From assembly GCA_040544385.1 (NCBI GenBank), contig JBEONR010000025.1:30883-94882 (forward strand): a stretch of 64,000 nucleotides of DNA, in the 5' to 3' direction. Below the pieces are notes generated by a model, which saw only the letters and a list, made by a program, of their open reading frames with translations, ran no database searches and had not been told where the DNA came from. Below, in pieces: positions 50,295-60,074 of the stretch (position 1 is its first letter; every line of letters begins with the position of its first letter). The translations under genes were made by a program, and so were the position numbers. The stretch comes from Oxalobacteraceae bacterium GrIS 1.11. GTDB taxonomy: Bacteria > Pseudomonadota > Gammaproteobacteria > Burkholderiales > Burkholderiaceae_D.

Positions 50295-53200
50295 ATGGCA
50301 AGCCGTATCCAGATCATGTTGCAAGCGTTGGCGCGGGGTTGGCGCCAGCGTCGCCGGGCCGCCAATGTGCGCGCCGGCGCGCCGCGCCGCGCCGCGATTG
50401 CGCGCGGCCCCGCATCCAGGCTGGCGCTGGCCGGCGTGCTGGCCGGCATCGGCGGCGCCGCGCTCATCGGCGGTCACGCACGCCACCTGGGCGCGCAAAC
50501 CATGGGTGCCGACCTGCGCATCCTGAGCGCTTATCAGGCGCTCTTGCCGGGACTGGCCTTCGAGGTGCCGTCGCACAGCGGATTGACGCTGACGCCGCAC
50601 GCCGGCGCGGCGCTGCTGATCGCGGCCGGCATGCAAGCTGCCAGGCCGGTACTGCTCGACTTATGCAGCCAGTTGGCGCAGCCGTCCCAGCCGCGCCTGT
50701 CGTCTTTGCGGCTCGGCTACCGCTTTGACGACGTGCGGCGCTGGGTCGCGCGGGCCCAGGCCGGCACCACGCCACTGGCCTTGCGCAATGTCCTATTGCT
50801 GCGCGAAGACGACGCCGCCATGCCCGAAGTGCAGATCAGCGGCATGGCGCGGGCCGATTTCAATGATCCCGACAGCGCGCCCCTGCAACTGGAATGGCAT
50901 GCGGCGCAAGGCACGGCGCGCTGGGTCAGCGACGCCAGCCTGGGCCAGATCGTCGAAGCGTCCAGCGCGCAAGTGAACTTGCGCCGGCAAGGCTGGTTGT
51001 TGTGGGGCGCCGGCGCCGCGCTGCGCATCGAGCGCCGCACCAGCGCCGCCTGTGCGCAAGCGGGCGAATTGGTGCTGCAAATGTATCGCCTGGCGCCGGC
51101 GCCAGCGCTGGCCGCCAGGGCCCTGGTGACGGTCTTCCCCGCGCACGGCAATCCGCTCGGCGCCTATCTGGCTGCCGGCGCATACCAGGTGCCGGCCGCG
51201 CCGCGCGCCGTCCTGGAAGACCAGGCCTTGTTTCGCGACTTGCAAGCGCGCCGCTTGCTGCGCCTTGGCGCCGACGGCCGCATCGAGACGGCGCCGCGCG
51301 ATTTGGCGCAGTGGCTGGCGGCAGACGCCGGCGCACGGGCGGTCGAACTGTCTGGCTGGAAGGATGTGCGGCTTGACGCCGGCGCCGTGAAATTGCTCAA
51401 GCGCCTCTACCACCAGGCCGACGGCGCCTATGTGCGCCAGCAAATCGACATCTTCAACGACGAATTGCGCTTGCTTGCGTGGCGCGTCAAAGCGGCCGCG
51501 CCGCAGCACTGGCAGGCCAGCGCCGGCGAGGCAGGGATGCCGCTGGCGCTGGGCGAGCAGATGCCGCCGGCCGCCGCGCGCCTGTTCGCCGACTTGGCGC
51601 AAGGCTGGGCGCCGTGGCAGCGCCTGGTCGGCCGGGCCGGGGCGGGCGCGCCAACGCGCCTGCGTCTGGACCTGGCGCGGCCGGCGGCCGGCGGCGAGCG
51701 CTATGAATTGATGTTGATCGGCCGCCCGGGCGGCGTGGTCGGCGCCCGCTTGAACGCGCAAGCGGCCTGCAGCGGGCGCGCCTGTCCGGCCCCGGACGCG
51801 GTCCAAACCCTGCTCTTGACGGCGCTGCCGGGCGCGCGCGCCGTGACCATCGACGTGCAAGCGCTCGACATGGCCAGCCTGGCCGGGCGCAACGATCAGC
51901 AATACCGCCATCTGCGCCTGCGCGACGGCCAATTGGTCTGGCAAGCTATCGATGGCGGCGCCGCGCCGCTCAAGGGTCGGGCGGGGCCGCCGTCGCCGGT
52001 GCTGCTGCGCGACCGCAACGGCGCGCTATTATGGGCTGACGGCCAGCCGAGCCAAGCCGCCCGGGACGCGGGTCTGGCGCCGCTTTTGGGCCTGGGGCCG
52101 CAGCATGCCAATAGCGTGGCCGGCATGCTGGCGCGCTTGCCGCGCCCGGCCGAAGGGCGCCTCACGCTCGACCTGGCGCTGCAAACGCTGAGCCAGCGCG
52201 TGCTCGATTGCATCGGCATGCGGCGCGGCCGCTGGGATGGCAAGGTTTGCATTGGCGGGCGCGCTGGCCCGGATGGACGGCATGCCGGCCTGGTATTTCT
52301 GGACGCGGAAAACGGCGACGTGCTGGCTGCCGCCGGCGCTGGCATGGGCCTGGTCGATGGCGCCAACTGGAACGAAGTGCGCGACTTCGACCAGAGCAAT
52401 CCGGCCCGCAGCCCCCTGCGCCTGCCGGCCTTCCAGCACGATGGCGGCATCCACCAAAGCCCCGGCTCGACTTTCAAGATCATCAGCGCGCTGGGCCTGG
52501 AAATGGCGGCCAGGAGCGACCCCCGCATCGACGCGCTGCTCGATGGCATGCCGCTGGCGGCGATCAATACCATGGCGCGTCAGCGTGGCTTCGCCTTCCA
52601 GACCGAATCGGCCACTTATCCCAGCGACAGCGGCCTGGCCCACATCACCAATTATAAGGAGCAAAGCCTGGACCGGCGCGCGCTGGACGGCCGCCTGGGA
52701 CTAGCGCAAGCGCTCAGCTACAGCCTCAATACCTGGTTCGCGTGGAGCGCCGAATTAAGCGACGCCAGCCTGTTCGGTCGTCCCGCCGGCGGCGCGCCGG
52801 ACTTGCAGGAACTCGAACCCGGCGCGCTCGACGCGGTGCGCCCCATCGTCGCGGCCGCGCACTTGCTCGGCTTCGAGCGCGCGCTGCGCCTGGACGGCGG
52901 CTTGCTGCCGGCCGATTTCAGCTGGTCCGCGTGGGACGCGCTGCAAACGACGCCGGCCCACATCGACACCATCCATACGCGCCACGAGTTGCGCCAGATG
53001 GCAATCGGCTTGCGCATGCAAGCCACGCCGCTGCAAATGGCGCTGGCCGCCGCCAGCATCGGCCAGGGCAAGGTGGTGACGCCGCGCCTGTTGCTGGCCC
53101 TGGATGGCGTCAACGGCGCGGCGCCCTCCATGCCCGCGCTCGACATCCGGCTCGACCGCATCCGCTCCGGCATGAAGGGCGTGATCGAGGTCGGCACCGG

Positions 53201-53492
53201 CGCGACGGCTTTTGCCGGCCCGGCGCTGGTCGGCGTGCGGCGCGGCTTGTACGGCAAGACCGGCACCGCGCCGAGCGGCGTGGCGCTGGCCGATGGCGCG
53301 CGGCGCGAACTGGCCACGGTCTGGTTCACCGGCTGGCTCGAGCCGGGCACGCTGCCGGGCCAACAGCACCGGATCGCGGTGGCGGTCTTTGTCAGCCATT
53401 CGGATGCGAGCGGCGGCGAACACGCGGCGCCCGTAGTGGCGGCAGTGCTGACCCAATTGGCCGGCCGGAACGTGGAACAGAGGCTGAAATAG
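50295..53492 (+). CDS. Membrane-anchored protein with a large unknown periplasmic region and a C-terminal penicillin-binding-protein-type transpeptidase domain
   Basis: N-terminal TM helix LALAGVLAGIGGAALIGG. The C-terminal third has the SxxK (STFK), SxN (YSLNT) and KTG (YGKTGTA) motifs in canonical order. An SD (GAGGGG) precedes the ATG. Confidence 0.7.
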   Translation: MASRIQIMLQALARGWRQRRRAANVRAGAPRRAAIARGPASRLALAGVLAGIGGAALIGGHARHLGAQTMGADLRILSAYQALLPGLAFEVPSHSGLTLTPHAGAALLIAAGMQAARPVLLDLCSQLAQPSQPRLSSLRLGYRFDDVRRWVARAQAGTTPLALRNVLLLREDDAAMPEVQISGMARADFNDPDSAPLQLEWHAAQGTARWVSDASLGQIVEASSAQVNLRRQGWLLWGAGAALRIERRTSAACAQAGELVLQMYRLAPAPALAARALVTVFPAHGNPLGAYLAAGAYQVPAAPRAVLEDQALFRDLQARRLLRLGADGRIETAPRDLAQWLAADAGARAVELSGWKDVRLDAGAVKLLKRLYHQADGAYVRQQIDIFNDELRLLAWRVKAAAPQHWQASAGEAGMPLALGEQMPPAAARLFADLAQGWAPWQRLVGRAGAGAPTRLRLDLARPAAGGERYELMLIGRPGGVVGARLNAQAACSGRACPAPDAVQTLLLTALPGARAVTIDVQALDMASLAGRNDQQYRHLRLRDGQLVWQAIDGGAAPLKGRAGPPSPVLLRDRNGALLWADGQPSQAARDAGLAPLLGLGPQHANSVAGMLARLPRPAEGRLTLDLALQTLSQRVLDCIGMRRGRWDGKVCIGGRAGPDGRHAGLVFLDAENGDVLAAAGAGMGLVDGANWNEVRDFDQSNPARSPLRLPAFQHDGGIHQSPGSTFKIISALGLEMAARSDPRIDALLDGMPLAAINTMARQRGFAFQTESATYPSDSGLAHITNYKEQSLDRRALDGRLGLAQALSYSLNTWFAWSAELSDASLFGRPAGGAPDLQELEPGALDAVRPIVAAAHLLGFERALRLDGGLLPADFSWSAWDALQTTPAHIDTIHTRHELRQMAIGLRMQATPLQMALAAASIGQGKVVTPRLLLALDGVNGAAPSMPALDIRLDRIRSGMKGVIEVGTGATAFAGPALVGVRRGLYGKTGTAPSGVALADGARRELATVWFTGWLEPGTLPGQQHRIAVAVFVSHSDASGGEHAAPVVAAVLTQLAGRNVEQRLK

Positions 53493-53530
53493 CCTTCTCC
53501 AGCGGGCTATGGCCGGCGCCCGTCCGTGGC

Positions 53531-54910
53531 ATGATTTTCACGCGTCCGCCGCCGTTCCCGCATCCGCGCGCGGCCAGGCGGACGCGTTGTCATGGATGGG
53601 AATGTATGCGCTTGCCGGGAACCAGGTATCAGGAGCCGGGCTGGGAGCAGGTGCGCAAGCTGCTGGGCCAGTGCTCGCTGCTGGCATTCAAGGGCTGCCA
53701 GATGCCAGCCTTGCCGGCGGCGGCGCTGCTCGACTGGTATTGCGACGCGCTGGCGCCAGCCTTGCTGGATGCGGCCGCGACGGCGCGCGGCGCGGCCGCC
53801 GGCAACAGCTATGGCGAAAGCGTGGCCGAATTGGCGCTGGGCCTGGTGTACGAATTGCGCGCTCAGCCCGGATATTGGGATGGCTTCGTGGCGGCGCTGC
53901 AGAAGCCGGGCGGGGCGCCTTGGCGCGGCGCCGATGCCATCTTGCGCAAGCAAGTCAACGATCTGTACGCCGGCTTGCGCGACAAGGTCGACTCCGACAA
54001 TTACCAGGTTGCGCTAGGCCGGGCTTGTTCGCCCAACAAGATGTACACTTACCGCATGCTCGACACGGCTTACCGCGAAATCGCGGCACTATTTTTGAAC
54101 TGGCGCCAGCATGCGGCGCAGGTAGCGGCGATACTGGGTCGGGCGTCGGCCGGCACCCCCATCGAGGCCCGGCAATTGCGCTCGGTGGCCCACTGCAAGC
54201 CGGAATGGGTGATACGCTGGAGCGCCACGCAAGAACAATTCACCGGTTCGCCCGGTCCGCTGCACACCAAGTCGAAGCGTTTCGCCAGTCTGAAAAACAA
54301 TGCGGCCACGATTGCCGCGATGATGGCCGAGATTGGCGACTATGAGGAACTGTCGTCCAATCTCGACCAGGCCGACGCGTGGCAGGGCGAGGCCGGGGCG
54401 GCCGCGCTGTGGCTGGAAGACTATTGGCGCGTGATGGGCGAGCCGGAAGATGAAACGGACGTGGACGACCGCATCTTGGCGGCGCCGGCCGAGCAATTCG
54501 ACACCGACGCGCAGACCGGGGATGAGGACCAGGCGGAGGACGGCGACCCGGTTGCGTTGACGTTTTCTGCTTCGCAAATTGCCCGCGACGAGGCGGCCGC
54601 CAGCGGCGTTTGCCTGTCCCCCCGCTATATTGAATTGGCAACGGCGGCGCAAGACGGCGCCAGTTGGGCACTGCAATTGCTCAAGGATGACACGCTGGCG
54701 ATCCGCTTGTCGGTCTACCAGAAAATCCTTGGTGGCGCCGACGACAGTTATCCCGAGGCCTGGCGCGACCCGGCCACGGGCGCGTTGCCGACGCTGCAGC
54801 AACTGGCGGCGCTGGACGGGATTTCGCTGCCGACCTTGCGCAAGCGGCGCGAGCTGGCCATCGCCAGGCTGCAGGCGGCGAATGGGACCCAATCAAGGAG
54901 AATACTGTGA
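53531..54910 (+). CDS. Hypothetical acidic protein with a C-terminal sigma-70 region-4-like HTH. The start is uncertain: 53531 or 53606.
   Basis: Strong GC3 bias in the frame of ORF 52742..54910 downstream of the previous stop. The C-terminus LPTLQQLAALDGISLPTLRKRRELAIARLQAA resembles sigma-70 region 4.2. It has an acidic stretch EDETDVDD…DEDQAEDGD. Confidence 0.5.
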   Translation: MIFTRPPPFPHPRAARRTRCHGWECMRLPGTRYQEPGWEQVRKLLGQCSLLAFKGCQMPALPAAALLDWYCDALAPALLDAAATARGAAAGNSYGESVAELALGLVYELRAQPGYWDGFVAALQKPGGAPWRGADAILRKQVNDLYAGLRDKVDSDNYQVALGRACSPNKMYTYRMLDTAYREIAALFLNWRQHAAQVAAILGRASAGTPIEARQLRSVAHCKPEWVIRWSATQEQFTGSPGPLHTKSKRFASLKNNAATIAAMMAEIGDYEELSSNLDQADAWQGEAGAAALWLEDYWRVMGEPEDETDVDDRILAAPAEQFDTDAQTGDEDQAEDGDPVALTFSASQIARDEAAASGVCLSPRYIELATAAQDGASWALQLLKDDTLAIRLSVYQKILGGADDSYPEAWRDPATGALPTLQQLAALDGISLPTLRKRRELAIARLQAANGTQSRRIL

Positions 54911-55488
54911 ACATACAGAGCGACCCGCAAGAACTCGATCGCAAGCTGCGCGAGCGCCTGTTGCTGGGCCGCGCCGTGGTGGGCGACCGCCTGATGCTGG
55001 CCGACGCCACGCTGCTGGCCGCCCTCGACGGCGCGCGCGCGCTGACGGCCAACGAGCGGGGCGCGCTGGAACGCTCGCCTTTGACCTTGCGGCGCTTTCG
55101 CCACCTGTCGGCGCAGCGGCGCCGCGCGGCAAGCAGCCCAAGCAGCCCGACCGCCTGGAGCGGCAGCGTCGGCATGCTGCGGGCCGCCGCCGACGGCGCC
55201 GCGCTGGCCGAACTGCGCACCGACGACGGCTGCTGGAGTCTGCATTTCGTGGAACAGGGAACGGCTTGGCGCGTCATCCTGGCGCTGGCGGCCGGGGCGC
55301 CGTTCGCGCCGCGCCTGATGCGCGAACAGCCGATGCTGCGTGTGCTCGATGGCGGCGGCGCCGTCCTCTTGCAGGGTCGGCTGGACGCGGACGGCGAATG
55401 CGAATGCGCCTGGCCCTTCGAGAGTGCGCCGGGGCCGCACTTGCAGTCGCGCGGCGCCCGTTTCGCGGTCGAAGCGCTGGCGCCTTGA
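54907..55488 (+). CDS. Hypothetical protein (GTG start overlapping the previous stop; SD AAGGAGA)
   Basis: 193 aa. Translationally coupled, with consistent codon bias. Confidence 0.5.
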   Translation: MNIQSDPQELDRKLRERLLLGRAVVGDRLMLADATLLAALDGARALTANERGALERSPLTLRRFRHLSAQRRRAASSPSSPTAWSGSVGMLRAAADGAALAELRTDDGCWSLHFVEQGTAWRVILALAAGAPFAPRLMREQPMLRVLDGGGAVLLQGRLDADGECECAWPFESAPGPHLQSRGARFAVEALAP

Positions 55489-55490
55489 GC

Positions 55491-56540
55491 ATGGGCCTGT
55501 TCAAGAGGCGTGCGCGGCGCACGGCGCCCGACTGCGCGGCGCTCGGCGTCAGCCTGATCGCGCTGCGGCTCGATAATGGCGACGCGGCGCCGGCCGGCGC
55601 CACGCTGGTCTTGTTCGACGCAGCTGGGCGCGCGCGCCGCAGCGCGGCCGGCCGCGTCAAGCTGGCCGACGGCGAGGCCGCCCATTGCTTCCATCCGGGT
55701 CCCTATGGCATCGACCTGGTCCCGTTCGCGGCCGCTCCCGAATTGGGCTTGCGCCTGCGCTTTGCCGTCGACGCGGCCGATCCGCGCGTGAGCCAGCAGC
55801 GTTTCGACTTGTATCTGCTGAGCGAAGCGGGCGCGCGTCTGCGCCTGGACGATTTTGGCACGGCCATGCAGGCGGCGCTGCAACTGGAACTGGCGCAGGG
55901 AAATATGGAACTGCCGCCTTGCACCACGAGCGCGGAATGGGATGTCTTTCGCGCCGGCTTGAACCGCTTGCTGTACATGCGCTTCGGCGTCACGGTCGAC
56001 GATTGCGTGCCCATTGAGCTGGTCGGCGTCGATTTCGCGCGCATGCTGGAAGCGCGCGCGCAAGCGGTTGCGGCGGCGCCAGCGCCAGGCGCGCTGCCCA
56101 TGCTGGAGGCGCAGCCACCCCCAGCAGACGACGCCAGGTCGCTGCGGCGCCTGTTCCTGGAATTGCCGGCCGCCACAGGCGCGCTGCGCCTGATCGCGCT
56201 GCCGCCAGGCCAGGAATGGTTCCAGGCCCGGCAGCGCCTGTTGCGCCGGCTTGAGCTGGCCAGCCTTGGCGTATGTACCATGCCGGCGCTGGAATGGGTC
56301 GCGCCCGGGCAGCGTCTGGATGCCTGCCAGCAGGCGCGCCGCGCGGGCGCCAGCGCGGGCGCCGTGCGTGCGCTGGACGAAGCCTGGGCCTTGCTGGCGC
56401 GTTTCCAGTGCGCCGTGCCGCAGCCCTTGCCGCTGTTGGACGAAGCCGAGCGCATCTGCGCCAACCTTGAACACAGTCTGGCCCAGCGCCGCGCGCCGTT
56501 CGCGCCGTTGCGGCAGGACGAGCGCGGGGAGTCGTCATGA
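55491..56540 (+). CDS. Hypothetical protein
   Basis: 349 aa in the frame of ORF 54579..56540, starting at MGLFKRRARR 2 nt after the previous stop. Confidence 0.5.
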   Translation: MGLFKRRARRTAPDCAALGVSLIALRLDNGDAAPAGATLVLFDAAGRARRSAAGRVKLADGEAAHCFHPGPYGIDLVPFAAAPELGLRLRFAVDAADPRVSQQRFDLYLLSEAGARLRLDDFGTAMQAALQLELAQGNMELPPCTTSAEWDVFRAGLNRLLYMRFGVTVDDCVPIELVGVDFARMLEARAQAVAAAPAPGALPMLEAQPPPADDARSLRRLFLELPAATGALRLIALPPGQEWFQARQRLLRRLELASLGVCTMPALEWVAPGQRLDACQQARRAGASAGAVRALDEAWALLARFQCAVPQPLPLLDEAERICANLEHSLAQRRAPFAPLRQDERGESS

Positions 56541-57589
56541 GCAATCTGCCCGATAGCGCGCAGTGCCGCTGCATCCTGGCCGATGGCCGGCTGCTGACCG
56601 TGACGGCGACGCGGCGCCCGCGCGCCAACCGGGCCGACGTCAAATGCGTGCTGCCCGGCGCGCCGGCCTTGTGCGAACGGATGCAGGAAGTGGTACGCCT
56701 GGCGCGCCACACCGAGGCGCGCCTGGACAGCCGCGAGCAGGTGGTGCTGAGCATGGATATCGCGCCGCAGCCGGGAGAGCGTAACTGGGAACTGGCGGCC
56801 GTGCTGGCCGACCGCATGGTGCGCGGTCTATACCGGGCCGCGCACGGCGTCGTGTATGCGCGCGGCTGGTCCGACGCCTGGCACCTGGGCCAGGTCTGCG
56901 GCCAGCCGTTGGCGCCCGGCGTGCGCGTGGCGTCTTTGGCCGCTTGTTTCATCCAGGGCGGGGCTGATGCTGGCGAAGGGGGTAATTGCCTGTACCTGAC
57001 GCACCTGGGCAGCTTGCATGGGCACACCGACCCGGCGGCGGCCGTGTCGAGCGCGCGCGCCTGGTTTCCGCTGCATAGCGGCGGCATCCACGACAGCCTG
57101 GCCTGGGTCGAGGTGAGCGTGCATCCGCTGGCCGCCGGCGCGCCAGAGGACGATGAGGAAAACACCATCGCCGCGCCTGGCCTCGACTTGACGGCGCAAC
57201 TGGCGCTGCGCCAGGCGCTGGTCGGCGCGCGCCACTTCGACGGCCGCGCGCTGGGGCGCTGGCGCACGGTGGTGCGCTTCGGCCAGCCGCGCTTCCAGGG
57301 CACCTCCTACGAGTTGGCCTTGGTGCTGGCCGACCGTCTGGCGCGCGGGCGCGAGTACCTGCCGCGCGGGCGCGTGATCGCCAGCGGCTGCTCCGGCGCC
57401 TGGCATGCGGGCCGGGTCGACGCGGTTGACGGGCGCGGGCCGAAGCTGGACTTGATACTGGCCCAGGTCGGTCCTGGCGACCGGGTCTTGCTGCCGACGG
57501 CGTGGCAAGACGGCCAGGGCGCTTTCGCCGATGGCGTCAAGGCGCGCGGCGCCTCGCTGGCGTGGATCGGGCAGATCGGCCTGCCTTGA
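56537..57589 (+). CDS. Hypothetical protein with an internal duplication
   Basis: ATGA overlap with the previous gene. The two halves share …WELAAVLADRMVRGLY… and …YELALVLADRLARGREY…. Confidence 0.5.
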   Translation: MSNLPDSAQCRCILADGRLLTVTATRRPRANRADVKCVLPGAPALCERMQEVVRLARHTEARLDSREQVVLSMDIAPQPGERNWELAAVLADRMVRGLYRAAHGVVYARGWSDAWHLGQVCGQPLAPGVRVASLAACFIQGGADAGEGGNCLYLTHLGSLHGHTDPAAAVSSARAWFPLHSGGIHDSLAWVEVSVHPLAAGAPEDDEENTIAAPGLDLTAQLALRQALVGARHFDGRALGRWRTVVRFGQPRFQGTSYELALVLADRLARGREYLPRGRVIASGCSGAWHAGRVDAVDGRGPKLDLILAQVGPGDRVLLPTAWQDGQGAFADGVKARGASLAWIGQIGLP

Positions 57590-57748
57590 GGCGGGCGCAG
57601 GCTTGGACAAGTCGAGCGCGGCTCACGTGCGCATTGCTGTATCGGCGGCGGCCCTGCCGGCAGCCTGAAGGATTCGTAGCCGATTTCCTTTAAGTCCGGC
57701 AGGCTGCTAGAATCGGCGGGGCGCACAAGAATTGATGAGGAGTCGGAT

Positions 57749-60055
57749 ATGTTCCAGATGTTTGGTTTTGGCGGCGTCAAATGTCCCCGTTGCGAGCATA
57801 AGAACGCGGCCGCGTCGGGCTATTGCGCCCAGTGCGGCGTGATCTTGGGCGCGCCGCGCAACGAGCCGGTGCTGCGCGAGAACCGCTGGCAGCCGGCGGC
57901 CGACGAGCTGGCCGTGTTTTTCGGCGTGCGTGAATTGTCCGGCATCTTCACCAAGACCTTGCGGGTGCCGGTTGCCAGCCGCGCCTATATCCTGCAGGGC
58001 CAGCAAGCCACCGAAGTGCCGCAGGGCGAATATGAAATCGAAGGCTTTTTTAGCCGCCTGAATCACTTGCTGCGCGACGGCCACGCCGAAATCCTGATCA
58101 CGCGCATGGCGGCGCTGCCGGTCGAATTCGAGTTCGCCGACCTGGCCAGCGCCGAGCATTTGCAGATATCGGCCCGCTTCACGGTCAGCGTCAAGATCGA
58201 GCAGGTGAGCGCGTTCGCGCAGCACTTCATGACGGCGCCGGGCAGCGTGACGAGCGCTCAGGTGCGCGACTTGCTGGCGCCATCGGTGCGCCAGATTGCC
58301 GCCGAATTCGTCGGCGCTCGCTCGCTGCGCGACATGGCTGGCAACCCTGATCTGCGTGTGCAACTCGACGAGCGCCTGCAGGCGGCGTTGAGAATGCGCC
58401 TGGCCCAGTATGGCTTGGCGGTGGTGCAAGTGGACACGCTGGCGCTGCGGCACGATAAATTCGACGCCAACCGCGCCCGCCTCGGCACCCTGTGGCTGGT
58501 GGTCGACGAGCGCCACGCGCAACTGGAGCACGTCAAGCAGCTCGACCAATTGTACGACGAGCAGGAATGGCAAGCCATCTGGCGCGAAGAGCAAGCCATG
58601 CAGCTCGCTTCCCGGCGCGCCCAGTTGCGCCAGGACGCCACCATTGACAAGGCCGAGCTGGCGCAGCAGGAGGGCGAGCGGGCGCAGGCGATCCGCGCGC
58701 GCCGGGTCGATCTGTATGGCCGCATCATGGAATCGCAGTCGCGCCAGCAAGCCCTCGAGCGCGGCGCCGGTGCCACCCTGGCCGAGCTGGAGCACGAACT
58801 GGAACATGATTTGGCCAGGCGCGACGCGCAGCGTGCCGACGCCGCCGGCGAATGGCAGCATGTGCGGGCGCTGGCCAGCATCAAGATGCGCACCGAGCTG
58901 GAATTGTCGCAACAGGCCGGGCGCGAGCAAATGCAATTGGCGCAACAGCGTTTTTCCCACCAATTGCACTTGCAACAGATCGACAACCAGATCGCCCAGG
59001 CGGTGGCGATCGAGGATGAAGCGGCGCGCCGCGCGCAATTGACGCGGCTGCGCCAAAGCCAGGCCGAGTCGGCCCAGCGCGAGGCGCAGATGGAGCGCGA
59101 GCAGCATCAGGCGCGCTGGCAGGGCGCCGCCATCGAGAACGCGGCCCGCAAGCGCGAAGCCGAGCGGGTGCAGGAATGGCAGGACCAGTTGCAACTGAAC
59201 CAGCAGCGCGATCTGCTGCGCGCCGATAAGGTCAAGGAAGGCGCGGCGCAAACCGAGGCGGCCCAGGTGCGCGAAAACATCGCGGCGCTGCAGCGGGCCG
59301 GGGCGCAGTCGGATGCCATCGCCCAGCATGAAAAACTGCTGCGCACGATCGAGGCCGACGCCATCCAGGCGCGCCAGATCCAGAAAAACCTGCATCAGGC
59401 CGGTCTCGACCAGCTCGATCTCGACGAACAGCGCCAGATCCTCACCCAGCAAGAGCAGGAAAGCCAGTGGCAGCGCCAGTTGCAGGCGCTGGCGCACGCG
59501 CGCGAGCAGGATTACGCGCGCTGGAAGGGCGAATACGATATGCTGACGGCGCGCCAGGCGCACGGCGCCGCACTGGCGCGCATCGAGATCGAGCGCATCG
59601 CCACCATCGGCCAATTGAGCGACACCGGCAAGGTGGCGCTGGCCGAGGCACCCAACGCGCTGGCGCTGGCGCAGATTATGCGCACCCAGGTACAGGCCGG
59701 CATGAGCGCCGAGCAAATCCACGCGCTGGCGGCGGTGGCGGCGGCCGAAAACAGCATCGCGCCGCTGGACGCGATCCGCATGGCGCACGAGCGCGTGCTG
59801 GAAGAGCGGGCCCACATGGAAGCGCAGGCCGACAAGGACCGGCGCCACCAGCTCGACTTGATCGCGCTGCAAAACCAGGCCCATAGTCACGCCCTGTCGG
59901 CGCAGGCGCAATTGGGCGTGGGCGTGGCGCAGGCCGGCGCGACTGTACACCACCACCACGGGGCGGCCTGCTGCGCCAACGGCCATGCGGCGCGCCCCGG
60001 CCACGCGAACGACAAATTTTGCGCTGAATGCGGCGCGCCGATGCCAGGCCGATGA
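57749..60055 (+). CDS. Zinc-ribbon / SPFH(flotillin)-like / long coiled-coil / zinc-ribbon protein
   Basis: N-terminal CPRCEHKN…CAQCG. A ~200-aa globular region is followed by a ~450-aa Ala/Glu/Gln/Arg-rich coiled coil, as in flotillins. C-terminal HHHHGAACCANGH…CAECGAP. Confidence 0.6.
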   Translation: MFQMFGFGGVKCPRCEHKNAAASGYCAQCGVILGAPRNEPVLRENRWQPAADELAVFFGVRELSGIFTKTLRVPVASRAYILQGQQATEVPQGEYEIEGFFSRLNHLLRDGHAEILITRMAALPVEFEFADLASAEHLQISARFTVSVKIEQVSAFAQHFMTAPGSVTSAQVRDLLAPSVRQIAAEFVGARSLRDMAGNPDLRVQLDERLQAALRMRLAQYGLAVVQVDTLALRHDKFDANRARLGTLWLVVDERHAQLEHVKQLDQLYDEQEWQAIWREEQAMQLASRRAQLRQDATIDKAELAQQEGERAQAIRARRVDLYGRIMESQSRQQALERGAGATLAELEHELEHDLARRDAQRADAAGEWQHVRALASIKMRTELELSQQAGREQMQLAQQRFSHQLHLQQIDNQIAQAVAIEDEAARRAQLTRLRQSQAESAQREAQMEREQHQARWQGAAIENAARKREAERVQEWQDQLQLNQQRDLLRADKVKEGAAQTEAAQVRENIAALQRAGAQSDAIAQHEKLLRTIEADAIQARQIQKNLHQAGLDQLDLDEQRQILTQQEQESQWQRQLQALAHAREQDYARWKGEYDMLTARQAHGAALARIEIERIATIGQLSDTGKVALAEAPNALALAQIMRTQVQAGMSAEQIHALAAVAAAENSIAPLDAIRMAHERVLEERAHMEAQADKDRRHQLDLIALQNQAHSHALSAQAQLGVGVAQAGATVHHHHGAACCANGHAARPGHANDKFCAECGAPMPGR

Positions 60056-60074
60056 AAGCGCCAACTAGCCTCAG

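Noticed and set aside
52742-53530. Upstream part of the 722-aa ORF 52742..54910
   Set aside because: It overlaps the 3' end of the PBP-domain gene (50295..53492) in another frame. Only the part after the G1 stop (from 53531/53606) is taken as coding.
54579-55490. Upstream part of the 653-aa ORF 54579..56540
   Set aside because: It overlaps two upstream genes out of frame. The real gene starts at 55491 (MGLFKRR…) right after the previous stop.
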